Assembly (NCBI GenBank): GCA_044892505.1
Contig: CM097883.1
Coordinates: forward strand, 311,488,001-311,552,000
Direction of reading: 5' to 3'
Origin: Schmidtea nova
Taxonomy: Eukaryota
Length of the DNA stretch: 64,000 bases
The notes under the pieces were generated by a model. The model was given only the letters and a program-made list of their open reading frames with translations. It ran no database searches and had not been told where the DNA came from. Position 1 is the first letter of the stretch, and the number at the start of each line of letters is the position of its first letter. A program made the translations under genes and the position numbers. Positions 51,193-61,829 of the stretch are shown in pieces.

Positions 51193-53592
51193 TTTTCCAT
51201 ATTTTAATCATTGATTTTTCTTTAATCAATTTTAGGCAACCAGAATTACCACTTTAGATTAAATGCTCATGGTAGATTGTTGTCACAATAATTATTGTCA
51301 TCGATTTACTGTTAGTAGTATGATGTGTCACATCTAGCTCACTTACACTACCTCCCCTAATATTTACGATCGAATGATTATAGTGTGCGTAAACTTGATT
51401 TAGCGGTAATTCGATGTGAGTAAACCAACTTTGGCGGGAATAAAGTGTGTGTACACCAAGTTCGGCGGGAATTAAGTGTGTGTACGTGGACTTTTGCGGA
51501 ATATAGTGGGGAATTAGGAATATCTTAATTCCTAATTAGGAATATCTAAATTTACGATACAAATCAAGAATTTCGATAAATAGTTTTGATAAATAAAATA
51601 TATTTAACCCAAATCGAATAAAGTAAACTCGTTTCTATAAATTACTATTACGCTTTAGGTTCATAACGAGAAAAATTATCATCCTAATTTTAATTAAATA
51701 AGTGGTGTCGATTTGAGTACGGTGTTCGTGCTATGATCAAAGTTATTTCGTAATTCCGTTTGTAATATTGTGAAAGAGATTTCTTTGTGAACGATAGTTA
51801 TTTGCGATGTGAACGCATATTTTCGATAGCTGTTATTCTGAGTAGAAGCTTTTATGTAGTTGTGATAATCAATTAGCTTTATATAGATATGAATAACTAC
51901 TGTAGTATAATACAAATAATTTTAATTTGAACAACCTTGCGCTTGGTCAAGCCACTACTTCTCATATAGTCAGGTATTAGATGAAGCAAGCTTGGGTGTT
52001 TGATCTCACTTAAATGAAAAAATGGATCAGAAAGCTGAACAACCCCCAGCTAATCTGATGATTCACATAAGTAACTAATGACGGTACAACTTATCGCTGG
52101 ACCATCATCAGACGTATAGAAGAATAAAGAATTTATTTAGGCAATTATATCGATAAATAACATAATATGCATATTTTAGTGGTTATTTATTTGCATGTGT
52201 TGGTGTGTTGTGTTTAAAAATTCAACCTCTGAATCAGCTTTCTTCACTTTCTCTTTCTAAATCGTTCTTCCTCGCTCTCTAGAGTCCAACACACACATAA
52301 AAACTTAACTGTTCATACACCCGTGAATTACCCTAATCATTCACGTTGGAATTGTGTATAACAGCCGATCGCAAGCCAGCAGGTGAGCTCCTTTTCCATA
52401 TTTTAATCATTGATTTTTCTTTAATCAATTTTAGGCAACCAGAATTACCACTTTAGATTAAATGCTCAAGGTAGATTGTTGTCACAATAATTATTGTCAT
52501 CGATTTACTGTTAGTAGTATGATGTGTCACATCTAGCTCACTTACACTACCTCCCCTAATATTTACGATCGAATGATTATAGTGTGCGTAAACTTGATTT
52601 AGCGGTAATTCGATGTGAGTAAACCAACTTTGGCGGGAATAAAGTGTGTGTACACCAAGTTCGGCGGGAATTAAGTGTGTGTACGTGGACTTTTGCGGAA
52701 TATAGTGGGGAATTAGGAATATCTTAATTCCTAATTAGGAATATCTAAATTTACGATACAAATCAAGAATTTCGATAAATAGTTTTGATAAATAAAATAT
52801 ATTTAACCCAAATCGAATAAAGTAAACTCGTTTCTATAAATTACTATTACGCTTTAGGTTCATAACGAGAAAAATTATCATCCTAATTTTAATTAAATAA
52901 GTGGTGTCGATTTGAGTACGGTGTTCGTGCTATGATCAAAGTTATTTCGTAATTCCGTTTGTAATATTGTGAAAGAGATTTCTTTGTGAACGATAGTTAT
53001 TTGCGATGTGAACGCATATTTTCGATAGCTGTTATTCTGAGTAGAAGCTTTTATGTAGTTGTGATAATCAATTAGCTTTATATAGATATGAATAACTACT
53101 GTAGTATAATACAAATAATTTTAATTTGAACAACCTTGCGCTTGGTCAAGCCACTACTTCTCATATAGTCAGGTATTAGATGAAGCAAGCTTGGGTGTTT
53201 GATCTCACTTAAATGAAAAAATGGATCAGAAAGCTGAACAACCCCCAGCTAATCTGATGATTCACATAAGTAACTAATGACGGTACAACTTATCGCTGGA
53301 CCATCATCAGACGTATAGAAGAATAAAGAATTTATTTAGGCAATTATATCGATAAATAACATAATATGCATATTTTAGTGGTTATTTATTTGCATGTGTT
53401 GGTGTGTTGTGTTTAAAAATTCAACCTCTGAATTAGCTTTCTTCACTTTCTCTTTCTAAATCGTTCTTCCTCGCTCTCTAGGGTCCAACACACACATAAA
53501 AACTTAACTGTTCATACACCCGTGAATTACCCTAATCATTCACGTTGGAATTGTGTATAACAGCCGATCGCAAGCCAGCAGGTGAGCTCCTT
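51193..53592. repeat. Tandem direct duplication, period 1199 bp
   Basis: Copies 51193-52393 and 52392-53592. Only three differences were seen by eye (ctcatgg/ctcaagg, gaatcagc/gaattagc, ctagagtcc/ctagggtcc). Confidence 0.97.
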
Positions 53593-53652
53593 CACAAGAA
53601 CTACTCCTGACCTGTCGCATCGTTCGGGTTCTAGCTTGACCGATAGAAGGTC
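53470..53652 (-). ncRNA. Candidate structured RNA, copy A (unknown family)
   Basis: Homologous to 58622-58797 with compensatory changes in three helices and a conserved GNRA loop (see findings). Confidence 0.6.
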
Positions 53653-53896
53653 TCGTTGTAACTCTCCTCACCCTGTGTTTAGGTCTCTCATTTTGGGTGT
53701 TCACTTCCTATTGCATATATTACCATTCAGCCTATTAATTTATTGTTCCTATTAGTTACTTTGTTGTTTACGGTTTCATGAGTCGATGAAAACTGGAGTT
53801 CATTTGTCGTTATTACTTTATTTAATTCAATTCTCGTCTAACAAATAACAACACATTTTTTTTTAAATACATATATTTATTCTCATAACATTACAA

Positions 53897-54331
53897 TCAC
53901 TGTTTGCGTTTCACGCCTGTTGTTCCAATACTGTTCACCTCGATGACCATTTTGTTGGTGTCGACCTCCATCCTCAGTTTCAACTGTTGTCGGCGTTGTG
54001 CGTGTGATTTCCTTCGTTTTCGCTTTGTGGTTTGCGGTATTGGTATCTCGATTTCGGTATTTGTTGATAGGTCTGGTGTGGGAAACCATCTTTCTAACGT
54101 TATCGGGCGAATTAAGTTTTTAAGGTTGTCCGTTATGAATTTCTCTGTAATGAACGATCTACAGTTCTTTAACTCAATTTTTAAGGCATCTATCTCTTGT
54201 TTCTGATCCTGTATAACTTGCGTCGCTCTGATCAATTGCTCCTTCACCTTCTTCATTTCCGTCGGTGAGAAATAACTGTTTTCTAGGTCGATAAGCCTCC
54301 TCTTCAACTGTCCGATAGTCTTCTCGTCCAT
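53897..54331 (-). CDS. Cassette A ORF2: coiled-coil protein with basic C-terminus, unknown function
   Basis: 144 aa; 50/78 identical to the cassette B paralog over LKRR...LERWFPTP; contains KRKRRK. Confidence 0.7.
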   Translation of the reverse strand: MDEKTIGQLKRRLIDLENSYFSPTEMKKVKEQLIRATQVIQDQKQEIDALKIELKNCRSFITEKFITDNLKNLIRPITLERWFPTPDLSTNTEIEIPIPQTTKRKRRKSHAQRRQQLKLRMEVDTNKMVIEVNSIGTTGVKRKQ

Positions 54332-54782
54332 GGCTCTTTTCTTTACTGGAAGATAGAAGCATATTTGTGATTATTGAGTTAGTTTTTCATCGCAAAACGA
54401 GGGATTTATACTCGGCCCTTACTTGGTTACGACTCGGTTTTCTCCACCTCTTCGCTTCCTCGGTTGGTGGCTGACCTTCGTTGACTAAACGCTATATATT
54501 TGTATACAAGTGCAGTGCATTTAACCTAACAGATTTCTATTCCTGTGCTTTTTGCCTAATTTCCTAAAAACTTTTTAGTTTTGTATTACGCTACTGGATT
54601 TACTATCTCTTTTAGTTTATTGCATGTGAATTAGAGTGTTTACTGTCGGTGGAGTTTTTACGCGATGACCTTTTATTTACATTTACTTTACCAATTTTTA
54701 TTACTAAACAAGTGAATAGAGGAAAAACAACTACACAAAGAAACGTATAATTGATGGTTAATACAGGTACAGTGGATCACAT

Positions 54783-55307
54783 TCAATAATATTCGGCGAT
54801 GATCTCGACCTCGCTGTCGTCGTCCTCGTCATCACTAAGCGTTGAAGGGCTGTATGGTGAATCCGTCGGACTTGGAGATGGAGCCGGGGCGAACACGAAT
54901 CGTCCCGTACTCAGGAACTCTTCTTGCGGAATCTCGCCTTGATAATAAACTTGGTATCTCCCGGGAATTTCGGTGGGAGTCTCCACAAAGTATTTCGCCT
55001 GGTTTGGCCAGCAAGGGCGATCCACGTTGATCGGCCATTCTCTGCTGCCATGCCAGATGATATCTGATGGACTGTCTCGGAATAAACTGAACGGCGGGGC
55101 AATTCCCGTCCTTTCGAATTCCTCCTTGTGCTCGTGTAGGATCTCATTGGCCAACTCAGTTGGGATCGGCTTGAGCGACATGAGCATCATTAGGTGCGTA
55201 TCGTACATCCGCGTCTCGTCCATGAAATCTTTCTCTCTCCGAGTCTCTCCTTGAGGTCCTGTAACTTGAATTCCGGTATAATACATCGTTCGTGAATGTC
55301 TAAGCAT
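54783..55307 (-). CDS. Cassette A ORF1: 174-aa unknown protein with Pro/Ser/acidic tail
   Basis: Intact ORF preceded by a GC box and TATATAAAA (~55330-55350, minus strand); 38/56 identical to cassette B ORF1 over M.LK.IPTELA...VDRP. Confidence 0.7.
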   Translation of the reverse strand: MLRHSRTMYYTGIQVTGPQGETRREKDFMDETRMYDTHLMMLMSLKPIPTELANEILHEHKEEFERTGIAPPFSLFRDSPSDIIWHGSREWPINVDRPCWPNQAKYFVETPTEIPGRYQVYYQGEIPQEEFLSTGRFVFAPAPSPSPTDSPYSPSTLSDDEDDDSEVEIIAEYY

Positions 55308-57504
55308 ACAAGAATTGGGTAATTCACAATTTATATACCGCGCCCCCCATCATGTGTCCTCGTTCTCGCCTCGTTCACTCGCTTAGTAATATTTGGGGAA
55401 TTAATTATTTATTATATGTTTCATGATTTGCGAACAGTATCAATGACGCTGATGTAGGGTAAGGTTCCCGAAATTTCCCCATTTTATCAATTATCATTCT
55501 CCACTAGATTTCCTATTTCGTGTTGATTTTTGCTCGATGGAGATTATTTTAATTGACCAATTTTGTGATGTTCAGCATTTAATTATGATCATTATTCTTA
55601 CAATCGGTAATTGTTACTTTCTCGGAGCCAGCAATTTCAGGCCAATTATTAGATTTCTGCGAGCTCTAGTAAGAACTACGAAGGCATCGCTAATTGCCTT
55701 TCCGGTAATTATTTCCTGATCTCAACGAAATTGCTGTCGGTTAAGGACTCGTGTATTTGATGAATCTCTAATCTATCTCGTATCTGTAATTACCGCATTC
55801 CTCGACGGGATCTACTGGGTTTTCTATAATTCGCTCGGGCATCTGATTTGATTGTGAATCATTAGAGAGGTTATTAGGCATAATTATGTAATCGCATGAA
55901 TTATTATGTGCAGGCAGTTTTTATACGATTTGGTGGGAATGGGTAAACGATTAGAGCTGGAATTTTATCGATTTTATGTTTCAATCTTTCCATACACAAA
56001 ACGCATTTCACCTACTATAGGAATTGGTTTACAACGGTTAGATGGAAACTCACGATTTCGCTTGGATTTACTGTGATATTTTCTAGAGATTTATCAAAAA
56101 TTTCAACGAACGCAGCCGCTTTGGGTTTTTCCAAAAATTAGTAGGTTTATCGATCAACGTTTTCGCTTTCTACGGATTATATTTAGTTTCGATATTTCTA
56201 TGCTGCAACGGCCTCCGGACATTCACTCATTCCCTGTTCCTCATAAAAAGGTCTTTACGGAGTAACCCATCTTCGCCCCGTGCCGAGACACGAAACAAAG
56301 ATGGATCTCCCCGGAGAGCTGACAATCAACGGGATCGCCGAACTCTCGCATTATCTATATACAATTAATGAAAACGAAATATGATTTATGGTAAAAATTT
56401 ATATTTGGCATAACAAGTTACTTACAATTTCCTTCTGATTTAGACACAATATTTCAGCGATTCTTCCTCGAGCGTTGTTGAATTCTTCTTGAACTGATAA
56501 TGGCGTACTTGACTGTGAATACTTGTGCGAGTAATAGTGTCGAGTGATTTCGTGTTAGTATAAATGACATTAAATTGACTGACCTGAGCGCTTCCTTATA
56601 TATTAAAATCGACGCTCAGGCAGCCAATCAGAATCGAGTAACCTTTTTATTGGTTAAACGCTCGATTTTCTTATTCATTTATTTTATTTTGTATTATTCG
56701 TTATTATTTTATTATTTTTCGTTGTTATTTTATTATTTTCATTATTATTCTTTTATTTTCTGCCTTTTACTCATATTTCACATATTTTGTCATTTTTCTC
56801 GCATTTCATTTCTTATTTTTGTTTTAATTGTGCTTTTATTGTTAATTGTCATTTTTTATTTGTTTTATTATTATTTTTACATTCTTCATTTTATCTTTAT
56901 TCTCTCATGATTAATTGTTTACTTTTCGCCATTATCCGTTCCTTCATCAACCCAACACATGGGAAAATGTCCACAGAATGTATCAATAATTTAAAATGTG
57001 AATATGTGTCTAAAATAAAATCATAATTTAGAAATTAAGTGGATAACAGAAAGAATTAAACTCAAATGAAACAAAATAAATTATAATTATTCATATAAAT
57101 TCTACATAAGTGTATATGGCAGATTTTTGTGGTAATAATAAAATATTTAAATTTAAATGATAACAAAACAATAACAATTTACCGGCATGGGATAATCGGG
57201 GCATGATCCGCATTATCCCATGTCCATCGATGAAATAAATTTTACATTTTTCTCGGATTTTTCCTTTCGGTAAAAATTGGTCAAAGATTAGGATGTTAGA
57301 TAATATCGTCGGTACGATTCGGCTTCCAACGACGAAATTGTGAATGGTTTCTATGATCTTAGAGAGTCGGCCGGTTCTCCGCGGATGTGATTCTCCATCG
57401 AAATTTACGATGCAGGTAAATCAAAATTCAATTTGACAGGGGTTCGCCTGTATAAGTTTTACCCGGTTGGTAGTGCAAAATTCTGATTCTACAGAAATTT
57501 ATGG

Positions 57505-57506
<2 letters not shown>

Positions 57507-57558
<52 letters not shown>
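57507..57558. repeat. (TA)n microsatellite; others at ~1497-1550 and ~10105-10181
   Basis: Uninterrupted TA runs. Confidence 0.98.
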
Positions 57559-57560
<2 letters not shown>

Positions 57561-58621
57561 ATTTCTGATTCTTATTTCCGTTAATGCATTTAAACAAATT
57601 GTTCTAGAAGGAATTTTCGATTCTTCCAAAATTAAATTTAACAATTTTAAGCAAAATTAAATTATTATTTTTGTAAAAACTTTAAATAATTTATTTTTAA
57701 CCTAAAATTTTATTTTTCAATTAAAGTTTTTTATAATTTAATTCAATTTACTAAATTTTTATCTAAAGCAATTTTCTTTTATATTTTTTGAGTTTTTAAA
57801 GTAAAAATCGAAATTTTCCTTCAGAAAATATGTTAATTTTTTTTAATTTGTAATTTTATTCTATAATTGATGTTTTTATGTTATATTTGTGTTTTTAACG
57901 TGTATATTTGATGCGATTTTGTTCAGTTTAATTTTTAAACGTGTTTTAATTAATTATTTATGTGTTTTACTGTTATTTTGTTTTACTTGGTGTTTTAGCT
58001 GAAAGAAATTTTAAATTTACTTCTTACGCGCTCTCTACATGCTGTATTACCACTTTATTTAAACAAATTTCAGTTTTTGCCCAACACAAAACCCTCGGGG
58101 GCTCGCAAAAATTGCGACCCACAATTTGTCAGAGGGTTTAAGAATCAAGAATAAACAAAAGGGCAAAAGGCTGTACAATATACACGACCTACTTGGTCGT
58201 GATCATGCCTTCGCGTGCAATAAGAATAAAAAGCGATAAAAAGTTCTTACATATACATCAATATGAATCTACATTGACTCGCAAATAAAATGAAATGAAA
58301 TGAAATACGTGCCTACAGCGGCATAACCAAAGTTCGATATGAGTTTAATGAGACTTTGATCAAAGTTTATAAATTTTTATAAGGTTTTTATTGATTGACT
58401 TTTTGGTTGAGTTTTTGGGTCTTCGATTTTGGTGATTCGGTTATTTCATTGTTTGAATCTGTTAATGCTGTATAATTTATTATTATGCTTGTTATTATCT
58501 AGGTAACATTTTTGGGCGTCATTGTGGATACAGGATGACCCCCCTTTTTTATTATTATTTTTGTTGCGACGTGTTGTTAAAAATATCTCCTATTCTCTAT
58601 TGCTTTCCTCAGTTACCTCTC

Positions 58622-58797
58622 GCACTAGGGTCACAACATGCACATAAAAATCCTTACTACCCATGCACCCGTAAATACCCTACTTATTTACGTTGGTGCT
58701 GTGCATGACAGCCGACTGTTAATCGACAGGCAGCTCCGTTACCAGAACTACTCTCGATTGGTCACTCGTTCGGGTTCTATAGGGTCGATAGAAGGTC
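58622..58797 (-). ncRNA. Candidate structured RNA, copy B (unknown family)
   Basis: Homologous to 53470-53652 with covarying helices. Confidence 0.6.
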
Positions 58798-59004
58798 ATC
58801 TTATCCTTTACCCTTCACTTTTTAGCTGGTCACGAATTTAGGGTGTCCTTTATCAATTCGCTATTTAGACCTCATTTTTATTCATCGGGAAAATACTTTC
58901 AATTATTAATTTAATATAACGCCAAATTTCTACTAATAATACAAAACAACAGGGTAATTACACAATGCATGTATTTAAATACTACAACACATTTGCGACA
59001 CGAG

Positions 59005-59430
59005 TTATTTAATTATTCTTTTATTTTCAAACAGTTTCTGAACGTGAGTCTGTCGATGCTCTCTTTTGATTCTTTTCCAGTCTCTTTTTCGCTTGACGAC
59101 GTCGTTGTGCTGGGTCTTTCTTTGCTTCCTCGCTGTCGGATTGGATCCTTCGGTTAATCTACTGACCTCCTTCCAAGTATGATTTGGGGTTGGAAACCAT
59201 CTTTCCAAAGTCATTGATCTGATTAACTCTCGCAGGTTCTCGGATATGAACTTTTGGGTGATTGACTTCCTACAGTTGTTTAATTCGATTCTGATTGCCT
59301 CGATCTCGATTCGCTGATCTTCTATGACTCGAACTGCACGTGACAGTTTCTCTCTCACCTTCTTCATCTCAACCGGCGCGAAATAGTTACCTTCCAGTTC
59401 TAGAATCCTCCGTTTTAATTTGCCCTCTAA
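59005..59430 (-). CDS. Cassette B ORF2 (paralog of 53897-54331); start unclear, possibly spliced
   Basis: Open frame upstream of the annotated Met reads EGKLKRRILELEGNYFAPVEMKKVREK, matching A's GQLKRRLIDLENSYFSPTEMKKVKEQ. Confidence 0.65.
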   Translation of the reverse strand, partial: LEGKLKRRILELEGNYFAPVEMKKVREKLSRAVRVIEDQRIEIEAIRIELNNCRKSITQKFISENLRELIRSMTLERWFPTPNHTWKEVSRLTEGSNPTARKQRKTQHNDVVKRKRDWKRIKREHRQTHVQKLFENKRIIK

Positions 59431-59753
59431 CTCCTTTTCCGCTTCGATTGAGTAATTTGCAGATTACTGAATCGTTAGTTGTATTTAATGCAATGCTTAT
59501 CAATACTACAAAACTGTTAAAATCTCCATCATTTTCATCTAGTAACCTGACACGTATTTCTATTTCTCGTCTTTCCACTCATTTTTATTATATATCATAT
59601 CATTATCTCAATAAGAACTGTCACTATTCTCGATTCTAAATTAATAAAAGTTTTTTTGGTTTAATACATACAATGAACAAACTAGAATACATAATATTTT
59701 AAAATCACGTAAACAACCCATTTAGATTTTTGTCATTACAACACTCCTTCCCG

Positions 59754-60240
59754 TCATTGATTCCACTCTTCTACATCTGAATTATCGGCGCTAGATTCCG
59801 AAGGGCTAAAATAAGAGTCGGTGGCTATTTTCGTGGGAGCAGGGCTAAATACTAATTGCCCTATGCTCAGAAATTCCTCATGTGGGATCGAGCCCTGGTA
59901 AAATATCCGATATGGCCCTGGAACCACGTGGACGTTTCCACAAAATATTTTGGTAGGTCTCTGACTAAGGTCGATCCACATCGATCGGCCACTTTTGGCT
60001 CCGGTGCCAAATCACTTCGTCGGGGCTGTCCCGGAACAGGCTAAATGGTAGGGTGGCCCCGGTTTTTCTAAACGTCTCATAGTGCTCTTTTAAAATCTCC
60101 TGAGCTAATTCGGTTGGGATAGTTTTGAGTGGCATTGCCACGATTATATGGTTTTCGTATACTTTCTCACTGTTTCTTCTTAAATTGGGTACATTCGACT
60201 CTAACTTGGCTCCCTGGATTCGGTAGCATGTATTGTGCAT
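59754..60240 (-). pseudogene. Cassette B ORF1, disrupted paralog of 54783-55307
   Basis: TAG after VDRP, then KYFVET in a second frame and PGPYRIFYQGSIPHEEFLS..VFSPAP in a third. Confidence 0.8.
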
Positions 60241-60279
60241 AATCGTCTAAAGCATATGAGTAGGTAGATGTGTGTAGTT

Positions 60280-60760
60280 GGGAACAAAGACATGCGTGAG
60301 CGTGAAACAAAGAACAAAGACACCCCTTCCCCCCTCCCGGGGGGGTAAATTTATTTTTTTTGATGACTCATCGATGAGTCATAAATGACTCTTTTTTTTC
60401 GAAAAATATTCTCTTTTTTTCAAACTTTTTTTTCAAAAATTTGTTTATGACGCATCGATGAGTCATTGATGACTCATACTTTTTTCGAAAAAATATTCTG
60501 TTTTTTTAAGAAAATTTTTTTTTTTAACTTTCTAGTCATCGATGACTCATACTTTTTTCGAAAAAAATTCTGTTTTTTTTTTAAATTTTTATTTGACTAA
60601 TCTATTACTGATGGATGACTCATCCAAAATTTTTATGACTCATCGAAGACATTTCAACAAAGACATTTCAATGCCAAATTCCTTAACAAAGGCAATTCAT
60701 TGCCAAATTCCTTAACAAAGACAAAAGCCTTACCAAAGACATTATTAGGGAGATAATGGT
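60280..60760. promoter_or_regulatory. Cluster of AP-1/TRE (TGACTCA/TGAGTCA) and AACAAAG (SOX/TCF-type) motifs
   Basis: Perfect TRE motifs at ~60364, 60375, 60459, 60470, 60543, 60616 and 60635, several as TGACTCATCGATGAGTCA-type palindromes; repeated AACAAAG at ~60284-60320 and ~60655-60720. Confidence 0.6.
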
Positions 60761-60859
60761 CCCTTGGCGCAATTCAAGTTCTACCCACCCCCCTAAAAAG
60801 ATGTTCTTTGCGTTTACGGGCCACTATGTTTTTCTGGCCATTTTTGTATTGGAAAATTT

Positions 60860-61240
60860 TTGTCGGTCTTTTGTATAGGGATTTTAAGCTCCGAGATTTT
60901 TTCGGGCAAAAAGTGACTCTGGTATTTTTGTACATAGAATTTTGGTCTGGATTTTATTTTGTATAGGGATTTTGGGCTCCGAGATTTTTCTCGGACATAA
61001 AGGGACTCTGGTATTTTGTACATGGAATTTTGGTCGGGGTTTTTTGTACATCATTTTCTACTCCCAGAATTTTCTAGGGCAAAAAGGGACTCTGGTATTT
61101 TTGAATTAAATTATAAATTTTAATGGTAAATAAAAACACGGGTAAATGTTTTAAACAAGTAAAATACATTGAAATTATTTTGAAAAGGATTTTCAATTCC
61201 CATAATTTCTCGGGCAAAAAGGGACTCTAGTAATTTTTAT
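60860..61240. repeat. Degenerate ~88-bp tandem repeat (two full and two partial copies)
   Basis: Core CTCCGAGATTTTT.CGG.CA.AAAGGGACTCTGGTATTTT recurs at ~60890, ~60978, ~61062 and ~61198. Confidence 0.8.
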
Positions 61241-61829
61241 ACAGAAATTTTCAAGAGATTTTTATGGTAAATAAAAACACGTGTAAATTTATCAAAATGT
61301 TAAATAGATTTAAATAGTTTTTATTTCTATGGTAAAATACAAAGACAAAAGAGTGACATAATATTTAAAATTTAATAAAAAAAGGTTAAAATTAATTTTT
61401 TGGAGAAATCTGAGTTGGTAAATTTTTAAATATAAAATTAAATTCTTTTTCACAAAATGAAATTCTTTTATTTCACAAAATTATTTTTAAACCAAGAAAA
61501 GTCTTAACTAATAAAATTTTTTACCAAATAAAAATTAAACAATACAAAACTAATTTCAAATACAAAAATTTCACAATACAAAAACTAAATTTAAATACAA
61601 AATTTTATTCAGGGAAGGTTTTGTCGTAATATATTCTTCTTAATTCTGCCAAAAGTATATGGATAATTTCTTTTTCTTATATTCTTGGCAACAACTAATT
61701 AAAATAAAGATTTTTATCTAATAAAAAGAAATATTTTTAACTAACAAAAAGAAACATTTTTAACTAATAAAAATTCAAATAAGTGCAAATTTTATTAAAA
61801 TAAATCTTCGTCATCGTCTTCTTCTGTAA

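Noticed and set aside
52055-52112. CTGATGA as a third hammerhead (also CTAATGAG at 38861)
   Set aside because: No helix II-GAAA-NUH arrangement follows; these are simple hairpins.
51694-53114. Identical 73-aa ORFs at 51694 and 52893
   Set aside because: Identity comes from the 1199-bp duplication; AT-rich with no homolog in cassette B.
53521-53544. Telomerase template or telomeric seed (TTAGGG / CCCTAA)
   Set aside because: Single hexamer; copy B has GTAGGG, and there is no 1.5-repeat template.
53580-53660. SRP helix 8, RNase P CR-I/CR-V or group II domain V identity for the conserved RNA (CGGAGC, AGAACCCG, AGAAGGTC)
   Set aside because: Matches are short, fall on inconsistent strands or in the wrong order, and the helix is Watson-Crick/G-U paired rather than having SRP's non-canonical loop.
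55621-55720. SF1 helicase motif VI-like FVVLTRARRNL on the minus strand
   Set aside because: Isolated short match between stops, with no convincing motifs I-V nearby.
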